From NCBI RefSeq assembly GCF_009914755.1, contig NC_060926.1: a DNA stretch of 64,000 nt; one strand, 5' to 3'. Under the pieces are notes generated by a model. The model was given only the letters and a program-made list of their open reading frames with translations. It did not search any database and was not told where the DNA came from. Both the position numbers and the translations under genes were made by a program. This DNA comes from the human T2T-CHM13v2.0 reference genome, Homo sapiens. Shown in pieces: positions 32,221 through 51,462 of this stretch (position 1 is its first letter; every line of letters begins with the position of its first letter).

Positions 32221-33069
32221 TGCAAAACATTTATAAATAAAATAAAGAGTTCTGTAGTCTTATACTCCAAGAATAAATGTTTTAACTCTTTGATGTTTAT
32301 TCATCCAGACTTCTTTCATGAAAGCTATATTAGTTTTTAGGATAAAAAGTAGGGATACTCTTTTTACTGTTTCTGTAATTTCTGTTTTCTAATTTAGTAA
32401 TATAGATGGACTGCTTTCAATTTCAGTTAGTACAAATTGACCTTCGTGGATGCAGCACAGTTTAATTAACAAACTTTTGTTGGTGAACATTTAAATTATT
32501 TCCAGCATTTTTCTAATATAGTATTCTATTGATTATGCTTGTGTATATGTCTGTGTGTTTCTGTGATAATCAGGATAAATTTCTAAAAGTAGAGTTCATG
32601 GGTCAAAGGTCATTTGTATTTTCATTTTTGGTATATATATTGCAAAAATTATCCTCCAAAAGGGTTGTACCAATATACATTCATACAAACAGTAGTTTGA
32701 GAGAACCAATTTTTATCACATTCTCAACAACACTGGATGTTATCAGTCTTTCAAATTTTTGCAGGTCTGAGAACCAATGGCCCTGCAAAGCTATGTCTTG
32801 GGCAAGTTTTTTGAGTTAATGTTTATACTGTTCATTAGGACTTACTAGCTTCATTGCTAATAACTGTAGAATAGGATTCCTCTTGATCCTTAATGGGATG
32901 ATCGATATTGAAAACTATTTTATTCAAAGAACTCAGCCCTAATATTAAATGTTAAGTATTGTCAAACTATTGTCCAGAATCAGATTTTTTGACTCCCTGT
33001 GAGATCAGGGAAAAAAAGATACAAGTAAAGTCCTTTTCTAACTTTCTAATATAAATTTCTTATATCTAG

Positions 33070-33154
33070 GGCACTTCAAACTCCAGTGCAAACTTTACTT
33101 TTCCTGGTTATCCCATTCATGTACCAGCAGGTGTGACACTACAGACTGTATCTG
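33070..33154 (+). CDS. GTF2A1L: GTF2A1L exon 5: GTSNSSANFTFPGYPIHVPAGVTLQTVS
   Basis: Acceptor ttcttatatctAG, donor GTGAGA, 85 nt (phase 0-1). Confidence 0.93.
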
Positions 33155-33695
33155 GTGAGAGTATATTCTAAGAATCTTTTTGTTTTCAGCATTGGTACTA
33201 TTTTTTGGACATTAAGCTTCATGATTTTTAAATAAACTATATACCAGAAGTTATAAGAACTTTTAATAAAATTGATTTTAAAAGTAATGATAAATGGTGG
33301 TTTTGATTGTTATAGAGACAATCTACCACAAAAGGCACTGTACTAGGCCTGTCCTATATTTGATTCCCAGTTCTCTTTCCCAACATTGTATAGGGGTTCT
33401 TTGTATATATTTTTTCTAATTCAAGTCAGTTATCTAAATTTTAACAAATACAAAATAAAATAACTTACCTGCATTCCTGCTAGCTCTAATTACGGATTAA
33501 AGATTAGGTTGATCAACCTTTGCCCCCTTTCTTATTAGGGATTGCATGGTCTGATAGGACATCCAATAGTTTGGAGGTTAACCGGTTTCTGCTTTTCCGA
33601 GCACCATCTCTTGATTTTGAAGAGGATCATACCTCTTCTTTGGGTTGTTGTAAAGTTTAAGTAAAGCACCTAACTCAACACTCAAAAATAAGTCC

Positions 33696-34074
<379 letters not shown>

Positions 34075-34490
34075 TAGCATTGTCTTGCTATATGGCATTT
34101 TAAATATATGAAGTATATTTTACATGATTATGTTTGTTAAAATCCAGTTTTTTGGTTGATAACATTAATTTATCAAACAATGGAAGAGGTTCATGGATTA
34201 AATATTGGTGTCCTTTATGTATCTCAAAGTGTGCCATAAAAGCAATTGTGGGAAAAGTCTGGAATTAAAGCAAAACATATGTAATTAAAAAAATAAGAAT
34301 TTATATATTGATTGTAGAAATCCAAAAATGTCTGAAGAATAAAAGAAAAACCCCTAGAGATAACCACCATTAACATATTGGTGTATTTTTTTCCAGCCTT
34401 TGTGGATGAGATTTTTTTTTTTTTTTGTGGTGGTTGTCAAAGGAAATTTTAATTCTATTATACTTACAATTTTGCTTTCTCCTTTTTAAG

Positions 34491-35080
34491 GTCACCTTTA
34501 TAAAGTCAATGTACCAATTATGGTGACAGAGACTTCTGGAAGAGCAGGTATTCTTCAGCATCCAATTCAGCAAGTATTTCAACAGCTTGGCCAGCCTTCA
34601 GTAATACAAACTAGTGTTCCACAATTGAATCCATGGTCTCTTCAAGCAACTACTGAAAAATCACAGAGAATTGAAACCGTGCTACAGCAACCCGCAATTC
34701 TACCTTCTGGGCCAGTAGATAGGAAACACTTAGAAAATGCCACCAGTGATATACTTGTATCTCCTGGAAATGAGCATAAAATCGTGCCTGAAGCTTTGTT
34801 GTGTCATCAGGAAAGTTCTCACTATATCAGTCTTCCAGGTGTTGTATTTTCTCCACAGGTCTCTCAAACAAATTCTAATGTGGAGTCAGTGCTCAGTGGT
34901 TCAGCTAGCATGGCTCAAAATCTGCATGATGAGTCCCTCTCCACAAGCCCTCATGGGGCTCTCCACCAGCACGTGACTGATATTCAGCTTCATATTCTTA
35001 AAAATAGGATGTATGGATGTGATTCTGTAAAGCAACCAAGAAATATAGAGGAACCCAGCAACATACCTGTATCAGAGAAG
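34491..35080 (+). CDS. GTF2A1L: GTF2A1L exon 6: (G)HLYKVNVPIMVTETSGRAG...EEPSNIPVSEK (long low-complexity central region)
   Basis: Acceptor ctttctcctttttaAG, donor GTATAG, 590 nt (phase 1-0); overlaps ORF 34520..35086. Confidence 0.96.
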
Positions 35081-36549
35081 GTATAGTTCTGTGTCCAACT
35101 TCTTGGTATCAGGGGACAGATAGTGGCCAGTAACTGGATATCCTGAATATTTTCAAGCTGTAATGTTAATCAGAATTATATATATTTTGTTTTTTTCTTT
35201 AGAAGATTATTTCTTTTTTCTAGTGATTTAAAAAAATTTTTAATTGTGATAAAATACACGTAACATAAAGTTTACCAACTTAACCATTTTTAAGTGTACA
35301 GATCAGTAGTGTTATATACATTCACATGTGGTACAACCAAGAAGATTCTTTCTTTATTGTTGTTTTTAGTATAACTGTCAGTCCTTGAAATATTCATGCT
35401 TAGCATTTCTAAATTTTTCATTTCAATAAATGAATTATAATACTTCTTCAGAGAAAATGCGTTTGTTTTAAAAGGTAATCTGTTTACCAGTCTCTTATAC
35501 TGGGAAACTTATTTTATGTCTGCAGATAAAAATTAAAAGACCCAGAAATCCAGACCAGTAGTTTATGGAATGTTTTGAGATAATTAATTATCAAATGTAA
35601 TATACAAAAGAAGCCCACAAAGTTTTTTTTTTCCTGCTCTACCTAATTTTTCTGAATTCCTATATGGAAACTTTTCCCTACATGAGGGATTATGTTGCTA
35701 GTAATTTTGTTTCTCCCTGCCTACTAAAATACTAGTTTTACTTAATTTCTTTTGGTATTGAAACCACTAAAAATTAGCTTCTAGTTAACTTTTGATATTG
35801 AAAATAGGTCTGAATTTTTAATTTTCAAGGAATTCATAGTAATGGCAGAAAGACTCATGGAGAATTTTGGATTATAAAAATTAAAAAAATTGCATTCTTT
35901 TTACAAATATAAAATACGTCTTGTGGCTAATTCTATTTACACAATTTAGGACATGTGAAAAATACTTAAAGGTTTTTGCTCCAGCTAGTGGTTTAGCCAT
36001 CATCTAGACCCACTGTACAAATCTGTAGCAATGGATAGTTAAGCACAACCTTAATATTTTATCTTCATGATATTTAAATTTTGCTAGTTAGGGAAAGACA
36101 TAGGGCATAGTGAAAGGCCAGGAACAAAGAAAATGACAATCAGAAACTATTTGGCCTGTTTTAGAATGTTTCAGATATTTATTGAAACCTGTTCAAGATC
36201 TCTGAGCAAATCTGTTTTTAGTTTTTCTATAAGTGTTCATATTAAAATGTTTTATTGAGGTTTTTTTTACGTTTTTTAACATAACATATAACACTTAGTA
36301 AATAAATGTAGGTTAAACTAATAAGTATGAAACATTTGATTTTGAGGTAAAACTAACTACAAATGTAAAATGTTTGTTTTCATCACTACTACTTTTGGAG
36401 GCACTTTTTACCTGGATTCTGTGTGAATTTTGCAGATGTTTGGTGTGATGAGTCAAGGACTTATTCTACTGTTATGTATTGTATGTCATCATGTACTTTT
36501 TCTGATATGGGGAAATAGATTAGTTAAGGGATATTAATCAAGGATTGAT

Positions 36550-38470
36550 TGGGGGTAGTGGTTGAGAACATAAGCTTTGGAACCACAGTAGGTTCAAATT
36601 CTAGGTTCACTACTTGCAAGCAAACTATATAACATTACTCCCTGAAATTCAATTTTAGTCTTTAAATTGGCCCCTAATACCAATCTTGTAATTTTGAGAA
36701 TTATCAGAGATAATATATATGAAGTATTTAAAGCTTCTGGCACCATAGTAAGCTTTAGATTAGTGCTATTATGCTCTATGAGCTTGTAATATATTGGGTA
36801 ACTTTTCATGTAACTTGTTTGTTAGTTTTAAAAAAGGTCTATGTCTAACACACAAAATCCAAACGTACAAGAGTATACGTAAAATGCTTATTTATTTATT
36901 GTAAGTTACCTTTAAGATAGTAAGCAGTTTGGTAGGTTTATGCTGAACTAATTTTCAAAGACTTTACAAGTAGTTTTTCTTTTTATAAGTAACTTAAAGC
37001 AAGTTATAATCAACTATACTTGTTTACTTTTCCTGTGTTGTAAACTACTGGAGAGCTTATGGATCTATAGGTTTAAGAGGTAAGGATCTATGTTGTTTGA
37101 ACATTCTGTTTCACAAAATATATTCTTGATAGCTTTTGATTCTGCCCCTTGTAATTTCTGTTCTATTTTCTTTGTCTGAATTTGACTCTTCTAGGTACTT
37201 TAAAAATGGAATCATACAATATTTGCCCTTTTGTGACTGTCTTATTTCACTTAGTATAATGTTTTCAAGGTTAGTCGATATCGTAGCATGTGTCAGAATT
37301 TCATTCCTTTTTAAGGCTGAATCATGTGAGTTTGACAATTTTTAAATTTTGTAAATATTCCTGGAATCTGTTCCTTCATCTCCACTCCTAGTGCCATTGC
37401 CCTAATTGTTTCTCATGTGGGATAATTTTATCTAACTAATTTATCAGTGTGTAGTCTCTTCTACCTCTTACTCTGCTCCTGCCAATCCATCCATCCTAGA
37501 GGTCAAAGGCCTAAGCTTCAGGGATCAGAATTGTTTTGAATCCCTTCTCTATTCCTTAATAATTGTATGACTTAGAGAAGTTACTCATTTGTAAAATAAA
37601 GATAATAGTATCTACCATGTAATTGTGGTAGGATTAGTTAAGAAAATTAATGTAAAGTGCTCAGCAGCACACTGGCACCGTGGTAAATGCTCAGTGCATG
37701 TTAGCACTCTCTTCCTGGTGGCTTCCAGAGATCTGTCCCAAATGCAGCCTGGTTGTGTCTTTTCTCCACTTAACACATCACCGACTGCCCTTCACCTATA
37801 ATAAATAAACTTCAGGCACCTTAATATACATATACAAAGCATATTACGCGTTCTTTCTCTGCCAAAGTTTCCTATTTACTCTTCCTTCCTCACATGAATA
37901 TACTTTACTGGGAACACCAAACCGTGAGTGATTCTTGGTTTTCAACCTTGTTATTTCCTACTTCTCTTTTTGCTTTTTGTTATCCCCTCTATTTGATGCC
38001 TGGAGTTTCTTCCCACCATCCTTTCCTCTGGTTAATTCCTGCTTATTCATTACTTCCTCCAGAAATCTTCAGTACTTCTCCACCTAATTTTTCCTTCATT
38101 ATTAAATTGGATGTAGCTCTTCTGTTTTGTCACCTGAAGTATGTCTGTCATAATGTAGTTCAAAGATACATTGATATGTTCTCTTTGCATTGACAGTTAC
38201 ATTTATCTTTGTATATGCAGTAATCTAAGAATATATACACACTCGTGTGTAGTGGAGTATAAGCTTTTAAGGATAGGATCTAGAATTACGTTTATTTGGC
38301 TCAGTGGTTCTGAATCCTGGCTGAATGATCAAATCATTGGGCCATTAAAAAAAAGTGCAGGTCTACCCTAAGAGATTAAATCTAATTGATCTGGAATGGG
38401 GCTTAGTCATCAATATTTAAGAGCTTCTGGAGTGATTGTAATATATAGTCAAGGCTAAGAACCACTGATG
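36550..38470. mobile_element. Cluster of ancient repeats: MIR (about 36550-36780 and 37490-37710), L1M fragment (37135-37325), L2 (about 37720-38200), MER5-like (38310-38470)
   Basis: MIR core ggttcaaatt.tagg.tc.ctactt and tgtaaaat...gataatagta.ctacc; diverged motifs only. Confidence 0.5.
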
Positions 38471-40357
38471 TAGCTCAAAATCAATGTATGAGTGAAAAAT
38501 GGAGTGAGAGGATAAGAGAATATATAACTTCTAAGTAAGAGTTTTCATTTTTCTTCTAAGTCCACACATATTCCTCTAAAATATAAAATGTCCTATCAAT
38601 AATTGACTTTAGAATTCATTTAAATTGAGTAAATACTTTTTGAGTCTCTATATGCCATTGTGAAATTAATATATCAAAATCAGAGATGTTTAAACCAGAT
38701 ATGTGACTTTTTCTTCATTATAAGAAGAAAGCCAATTTAACAAAATAATTTTTTATATCTGTCAAAATATATTAAGATATATTTCATTCCAAATAAGAGT
38801 GGAGTGGCATGGGATGCTACTGTACATGGTCAGGCAATATATAATTATCATTGTTACTCTATTGTAATAAATTAAATTCCTGTTAAGAATTAAAGAAAAT
38901 ATGCCCTGCCATTACAATTATAGACCACTGAATTTGATATAGTTTACGTTGAAAATGTGAAAAGAATGTGTATTGTAGGTTAGGCTTATCTTGTTTTATA
39001 TTTATCCCCACATATGGGTATGAAGTTCTGCAAATTTTTACTAGCCATTGGGAAAATAGGGTTCTTTCATTGGAGGGAAGCTTAAATTGCAAAGACTGGA
39101 AGCTGGATTTGGCGAACAAAGCTTTATCATGAAGCATCCTATTTACTTGCTTATTGTACTACCCAGTCACAGAAGCCACATACAATCAAAGACACCTTGG
39201 TTAAGCTGAGAATATTGGACATTATTGAGCTGGTTTGTTTTAGTGCAGAGAAAATAAAAAAAAAGGAAGCATTTCCTCTGTCAGATGACATCATCTGCAT
39301 TAGAATTGTTGACATTTCTTTCACGTTTGGCTGGAATTCATAGAAGTATCAGCAGCGACTTTCCTTTAACATTCAACAGGCTAAAAATACCAGTGTTTCT
39401 TAGGGCTGCCAACATCTGATTTTAATCATTATTTGTACATTGATACCATCAAAGAATTTTTATGTTGTGAGTTCTTTTTTTTTTTTTTTTTAAATTGGAA
39501 ACTGACATCTTTGTAATAATGAAAAGTTTGGTTAGTAAAATTTGGTACTCTATACCATTGGAGCTCCTGAGATGCTTGGCAAACATGGTTTTGCTGCTTT
39601 AGTAAAGAAAGCGTTGCTGTCTATTTCAGCACATGGCATGCATTAGTGCTAAGACACAGCCAATAATTCTAAAAGAAGTCTCATCTGCTGACATAAAACT
39701 CAAATATATTAGAGCCACGGTTTTGAATTATTGTGTTTCCCAAGACATTTATCAAAAAATGTAGGCAGAATATTAAATTCTTCATGCAGAATTTTTCTGG
39801 CTTTTCAAAGGACAATGCTTGAAGCCCTTGTTTGATCCTTGGGGAGACATTTACTATTTTTGAGAGGGAGCAAAAGCCCCCTCATAACAATTTGATCTAG
39901 AGGAGTTCATTGATGATCTATGTGGTGGACGTTTGGCTATATGAAAGACTTAAATCTTTGTTTTCATGGTCCTGTGGTATCAGTTATGGATGTTGCTGTA
40001 CAACTCCTGGCTATTTTGGTCAAATTACCACTTCAGAAGAGATTGGAGTCAGATAATCATGTGAATTTTTCAATGCCTGGTGGAAGTGCTTCTGAAGAAA
40101 AAAGTTGAGAATGATAACTCTTTTGCTGTTTTGAAATTAAGTTTAGATTTGTAATTTTAATCCTCTCCCAGAGTAAAGAGGGCCTCACTGATTGAAGGAA
40201 AATGGTATGAGGCTACGTAAATTCAAGTAGAAGAGTCCTGGAATCTTCAGTATTCCTTTATAAGCTTATCCTTGTCTGGCAAGGTAACATAGAAGCTCTG
40301 ATTCATTTTTCAACAAAAGATCTTGTGGCTTAAAGTTTTCAGTACTTGTTGCTATTA

Positions 40358-45110
<4,753 letters not shown>

Positions 45111-45114
45111 TTAT

Positions 45115-47385
45115 TTTTTAATTTTTATTATTTATCGTTTCAGCTTTTATTTAAGATTCAGGGAGTACATGTGCAAGGTTTGTGACATAGGTATATTGCA
45201 TCATGCTGAGGTTTGGGGTGTGATTGATCCTGTCATCCAGGAACTATGCATAGTACCCAAAACAGTTCTTCAGCCCTTGCCCTCACTTCCCCTTCTCCCT
45301 TTTTGGAGTCCCCAATGTCTATTATTTCCACCACTGGGTGTCCGTATGTGCCCAATATTTAGCTCCTATTTGTAAGTGAGAACATCTCTTTATGGTTTTC
45401 TGTTCCTGTGTTAATTCACTTAGGATGATGGCCTTCGGCAGTAGGCATGTTGCTGCAAAGAACATGATTTCTTTTTTTTGGGGCTGCATAGTATTCCACG
45501 GTTTATATGTAACACATTTTCTTTATTCAGTCCACCATGTATGGGCACCTGGGCTGATTCCATGTCTTTGCTATTGTGAATAGTACTTCAATAAACATAA
45601 GAGTGCAGGTACGTTTTTGGTAGAAATATTTCTTTTCCTTTGGGTATATATCCAGTAATGGGATTGCTGGATTGAACGGTAGCTCTATTTTCTTTGAGAA
45701 ATCTCCAAACTGCTTTCCACAGTGGCTGAACTAATTTACATTCCCACCAACATTGTACAAACATTCCTTTTCCTCTGCAGCCTTGCTGGAATCTCTTGTT
45801 TTTTTTTTTGACTTTTTAATAATATCCATTCTGACTTGTGTGAGATGATATCTTATTGCATTTTTGATTTGTATTTCTCTGATGATTAGTGATGTGGAAC
45901 ATTTTTTCATATGTTTGTTGGCTGCTTCTATATCTTCTTTTGAGAAGTATCTGTTCATATCATTTGCCTACTTTTTAACGTGGTCATTTGATTTTTGCTT
46001 GTTGAATTGTTTAAGTTTCTTATAAATTCTGGATACTACAACTTTGTCAGATGCACAGTTTGTGAATATTTTCTCTAATTCTGTAGATTGTTCACTCTGT
46101 TGATAGTTTCTTTTGCTGTGCAGAACCTCTTTAGTTTAATTAGGTCTCACTTGTCAATTATTGTTTTTGTTGCAATAGCTTTTGAATAATTAGTTATAAA
46201 TTATTTCCCAAGGCTGATGTCCAGAATGGTGTTTCTCAAGTTTTTTCTAGGATTGTTTATAGTTTGAGGTCTTACATTTAAATCTTCAATCCATCTTGAG
46301 TTAAGTTTTGTATATGGTGAAAGGTAGGAGTCCAGTTTCATTCTTCTGCATGTGGCTAGCCAGCTATCCCATCACCATTTATTGAATAGGGAGTCCTTTC
46401 CCCATTGCTTATTTTTGTTGACTTTGTCAAAGATCAGATGGCTTTAGATGCATGGCTTTATTTCTAAGTTCTCTATTCTGTTCCATTGGTCTATGTGTCT
46501 GTTTTTGTACCAGTGCTATGCTGCTTTGGTTACTGTAGCCTTATAATATGGGTTGAAGTTAGGTAATGTGATGCCTCCAGCTTTGTTCTTTTTGTCTGTG
46601 ATTGTTTTGGCTGTTCAGGCTCCTTGTTGGTTCCACATTAATTTTAGAATGGTCTAGGGATTTTTTTTGGCTGGTAAGTTTTTTATTATTGATTCAATTT
46701 CATAATTAGGTATTGGTCTGTTTAGAGTTTCAATTTCTTTCTGTTTCGTTCTTGGGAGATTGCTTTCAGGAATTTATTCATTTCCTCTAGATTTTCTAGT
46801 TTGTGTGCATAGATGTGTTTATAATAGTCTCTGAGGATCTTTTGTATTTTTGTGGGATTGGTTGTAATGTCACCTTTGTCTTTTCTTATTGTGCTTATTT
46901 GGATCTTCTCTCTGTTTTTCTTTGTTAATCTAGCTAGTGCTTGCTTGTATGAAAAAGCTCTTATATCTCCTTAACTTATGAAGCTTAGTTTGGTGGGATA
47001 TGAAATTGTTGGTTGGAATTTCTTTCCTTTAAGATGCTAGAAATAGGCCTACAATCTCTCCTGGCTGGTAAGGTTTCTGCTGAGAAGTCTGCTGTTAATC
47101 TGATGGGTTTCCCTTTGTACATGATTTGACTTTTTTCTCTAGTTGCCTTTATATATATATTAGCAGTGACCTTCCATAGTCTGGTAACTATACACCTTGA
47201 TAATGTTGATTTTGTATAGTGTCTTGAAGGTGTTCTCTCAATTTCTTGTATTTGGATGTCTACCTTTCTAGCAAGATTAGGGAAATGTTCTTGAATTATT
47301 CCATCAAATATGTTTTCTAGGTTGTTTAGTTTTTCTCTTTCAAGAATGCCAGTAATTCATATATTTGATTGCTTTACATAATCCC
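45115..47385 (-). mobile_element. L1PA15/16-like element with two large internal deletions, nested in an older L1M
   Basis: 3' UTR and ORF2 end ([26 protein letters not shown]), jump at about 46650 to mid ORF2, jump at about 46940 to ORF1; similar flanks aata.cacact..ttttatt at about 45096 and 47386. Confidence 0.8.
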
Positions 47386-49279
47386 AATATCACACTATTT
47401 TTATTATTGTAATTTTGTAGTATGTTTTGAAATCAAGAAATTTAAGACTTTCAATTTGATTCTTCTTTTTCAAGATTGTTTTGGCTATTTGGCATTCCTT
47501 GAGATTTGAATTTTTGGATAGATTTTTTTCTTTTTCTGCAAACACTCTTGTTGGGTTTTTGATAGAGATTGTGTTGGCTCTTTAGATGGCTTTGGATAAT
47601 ATTCACATCTTAACCTTATTAATTTTTGAATCCATGAACTTGGGGTGTCTTTCCATTGATTTTTGTCTTTATTTTCTTTCAGCAATTTTTGTTGTTTTCA
47701 GCATATACAAGTCTTTTGCCTCTGTGGTTCTGTTTGTTCCTAAATAACCTATTCTTTTTGATGCTATTGAAAATGAAATTATTTTCCTAATTTTCTTTTT
47801 GAGTTTTTAATTATTTGTTGAAATGCAGCTGATTTTGGTGTGTTGATTTTGTATTCTTTAACATTGTGGAATTTATTTATTTTTCCTAACAGTTTGTTTT
47901 TGTGTGTCTGTGTGTATGGAAACTTTAGAATTTTCTACATATAAAGGCATAACATCTGTAAACAGAGATAATTTTAGTTTTTCCTAATTTTGATGTCTTT
48001 TATTTCTTTTACTTGCCTAATCATCCTAGCTAGCACTTTTAGTACTGTGTTGATTAGAAGTGGTGAAAGTAGTTGTCCTTTCCTTCTTTCTAATCTTAGA
48101 GATTTCAGGGGTTTACCATTCAGTATGATTGTTTTTTTTATCTTGAACTATCCTTGCATCCCAGGATTAAATCTCATTTGGCCATGGTGTAGGATTCCTG
48201 TAATGTGCTATTATATCTATTTGCCAGTATTTTGTTGAGGATTTTTGCATGAATATTCATCAGAAGTATTGGTCTGTAATTTTTATGTTTTGTCTTTGTC
48301 TTTGGTATCAGGGTAATGCTGGCCTCATAAAATAAGTTTGGAGATATTTTGTTCTTCCATTTTTTGGAAGAGTTTGAGGATGATTGGTATTCATCTTTAA
48401 ATGTTTGGTATAATTTTCTAGTGAAGACATTTGGTTCTGGATTTTTCTTTGTAGGTAGGGTTTTGATTACTTATTCAGTCTACTTTCCAGTTAATATACT
48501 TATTAAGATTTTCTATTGCTTTCTGGTTCAGTCTAGATTGCGTATTTCTAGGACTTTGTTAATTTTTAAAATAGATTATCTGATTTGTTGTGGTGTAAGT
48601 GTTCATAGTTTTCTCTTAAAGTTCTTTATATTTCTGTAAAATTATTAATGATGTCCCCTCTTTTATTTATAATTTTATTTTATTATTATTATTATTGAAA
48701 CAGAGTCTCTGTTGCCCAGGCTGAAGTGCGGTGGTGTGTGATCTTGGCTCACTGCAACCTCTGCCTCCTGAGTTCAAATGATTCTTGTGCCTCAGCCGCC
48801 TGAGAAGCTGGGATTGCAGGTGTGCTCTACTATGCCCGGCTAATTTTTGTATTTTTAGTAGAGTTGGGGTTTTGCCATGCTGGCCAGGCTGGTCTCTAAC
48901 TCCTGGCCTCAAGTGATCCACCTGCCTCGGCCTCTCAGAGTGTTGTGATTACAGGTGTGAGACACCATGGCCGACCCTCATTGATAATTTTAGTTGAGTC
49001 TTCTCTTCTTCTTATCAGTCTAGTTATAAAGGTTTATCAATTTTATTGATCTTTTTGAAGAAGCAACTCTTGGTTTTGTTGATTTTTCTCCATTGTTTCT
49101 CATTCTGTGTTTTCTTTTTCTCTAACATTATTATTTATTTCATTCTGCTAGCTTTAGTTTTGATTTGTTCTCTCCTTTATAGTTTTTTAAGATGTAAAGT
49201 TAAACTGTTAATTTGAGATTGCTCTTTTAAAATGTAAGCACTTATACATGTCCCTCCCCATTGTTTTCACTGCATCCCC

Positions 49280-49310
<31 letters not shown>

Positions 49311-50857
49311 GAGACAGTTTCACTCTGTTGCCCAGGATGGAGTAGAGTGGCACAATCTCCGCTCACTGCAACCTTTGCCTTTGGGTCAGGTGATTCTCCT
49401 GCCTCAGCCTCCTGAGTAGCCGGGATTACAGGTGCCCACCACCACTCCTGGCTAATTTTTGTACTTTTAGTAGAGACGGGGTTTCACCATATTGGCCAGG
49501 CTGATCTCGAACTCCTGACCTCAAGTAATCTGCCTGCCTCAGCTTACCAAAGTGCTGGGATTACAAGCATGAGCCACTGCACCTGGCCTGTTGCATATAT
49601 CTGGGGGCTCTGATGTTTGGTGCACATGTATTTATAATTGTTATATCGTCTTGGTATATTGATTATTTTATCATTATGTGATTAAAAATTATTTTTTCCT
49701 TTTTAAATAACAGTTTTTGACCTAAAATCCATTTTTTTTTCTGGTGGTAACATAGCCACTGCAGCTCTATTGGTTATCATTTGCATGGAATTTCTTTTTC
49801 CATCTTTTCCCTTCCAACCTATTCATATCCTGGATCTTTAGTCTCTTATAGAGAGCATATAGTTGGATCTTGTTTTTTATCCATTCTTCTAAACTATGTC
49901 TTTTGATTGGGGAGTTTAATTCATTTGCGTTTAGAGTAATTACTAATCGGAAAGAACTAACTCTTGCCGTTTTGCTGTTTTCTATATGTATTTAGGTTTT
50001 CTGTGATTTCCTCCTTTATTACCTTCCTTTGTGTTTAATTGATTTTTGGTTTCCCTTCTCATTTCCTTTGTGTACATTCTATAGATATTTTCTTTGTGGT
50101 TACCACGGGTATTACATATAATATTTTAGGCTTATAATAACCTGTTTTAATCAGATAGTCACTTAAATTCAATCACATACAAAAAGTTTACTCGTTTACA
50201 ACTTTGCCCTCCCCTACTTTGTCTTATTGTTGTTACAGATTACTTCTTCATATTTTATTTACACATTAACATAGTTTTTTAATGCTTTTGTCTTTTAAAT
50301 GATGTAGAAGAATAAAATCAATTATAAACTAAAATTATGTTAACACTGATTTATGTATTTGTCCATGTATTTAACTTTACCAGATAATTTTACATTTTGT
50401 GTAGCTTCAAGTTACTATCTAGCATCTATTCATTTTAACTTAAAGGACTCCTTTTAATATTTCTTGTAGGGAAAATCTAATTATAATGAATTCCCTTGGT
50501 TTTTATCTAGGAATGTCTTAATTTATCTTTCATTTTTTAAAGGATGGTAAGGCAGAGTTTATTCAAGGGGATCCATGGCAATAGGAACTACTCTAGCTGG
50601 GTTTTGCAGCGGCAGAGAGAGACTGGAAGCAATTCCCTCCCTTATTGTTGAAAGATAATTTTGCCAGATACAGAAATCTTGGTTGATCTTTTTTTTTTTT
50701 TTTTTTAACACTTTAAATATATCATCCCACTGCCTTGTGGTCTTCAAACTTCGGCTGAGGAATCTGCCAAAACACTTACTGGGGATTCCTTGTACATAGA
50801 TGCGTTGCTTTTCTCTTGATGCTTTAAAGGTATATATTTTTTAAATTTATTTCCAAC

Positions 50858-51112
50858 TACCACATGTTCTCACTTATAAGTGGGAGCTAAACAACAAGAA
50901 CACGTGGATACTAGGAGGGGAACAATGAACACGGGAATAATTGAGGGTGGAGTGTAGGAGGAGGGAGACGATCAGAAAAAAATACCTGTTGAGTACTATG
51001 CTTATTACCTGGGTGATGAAATTATCTGTAAACTAAACCCCCGTGACACATAGTTTACCTACATAACAAACCTGTACATATACCCCTGAACTTAAAGTAA
51101 AAGTGAAAAAAA
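50858..51112 (+). mobile_element. Short L1PA 3' end
   Basis: catgttctcacttataagtgggagctaa...tacccctgaacttaaagtaaaag plus A-rich tail. Confidence 0.85.
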
Positions 51113-51300
51113 GAGAGAGGTTTATTTAGGAAAGAGGTCTCCCTTGTAGATAGATTAAAATATTACGCATTCTAAACTGAAACTTGGCTGGAAACAGTGG
51201 CTCATACCTGTAATCCCAGTACTTTGGGAGGCTGAGGAAGGAGGATTGCTTGAGTTCAGGAGTTCAAGACCAGCCTAGGCAACATTGCAAAACCCCATCA

Positions 51301-51462
<162 letters not shown>

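Noticed and set aside
50525-50640. About 110-bp non-L1 insert inside degraded L1, possibly an LTR fragment
   Set aside because: Too short and diverged to assign without a repeat search.
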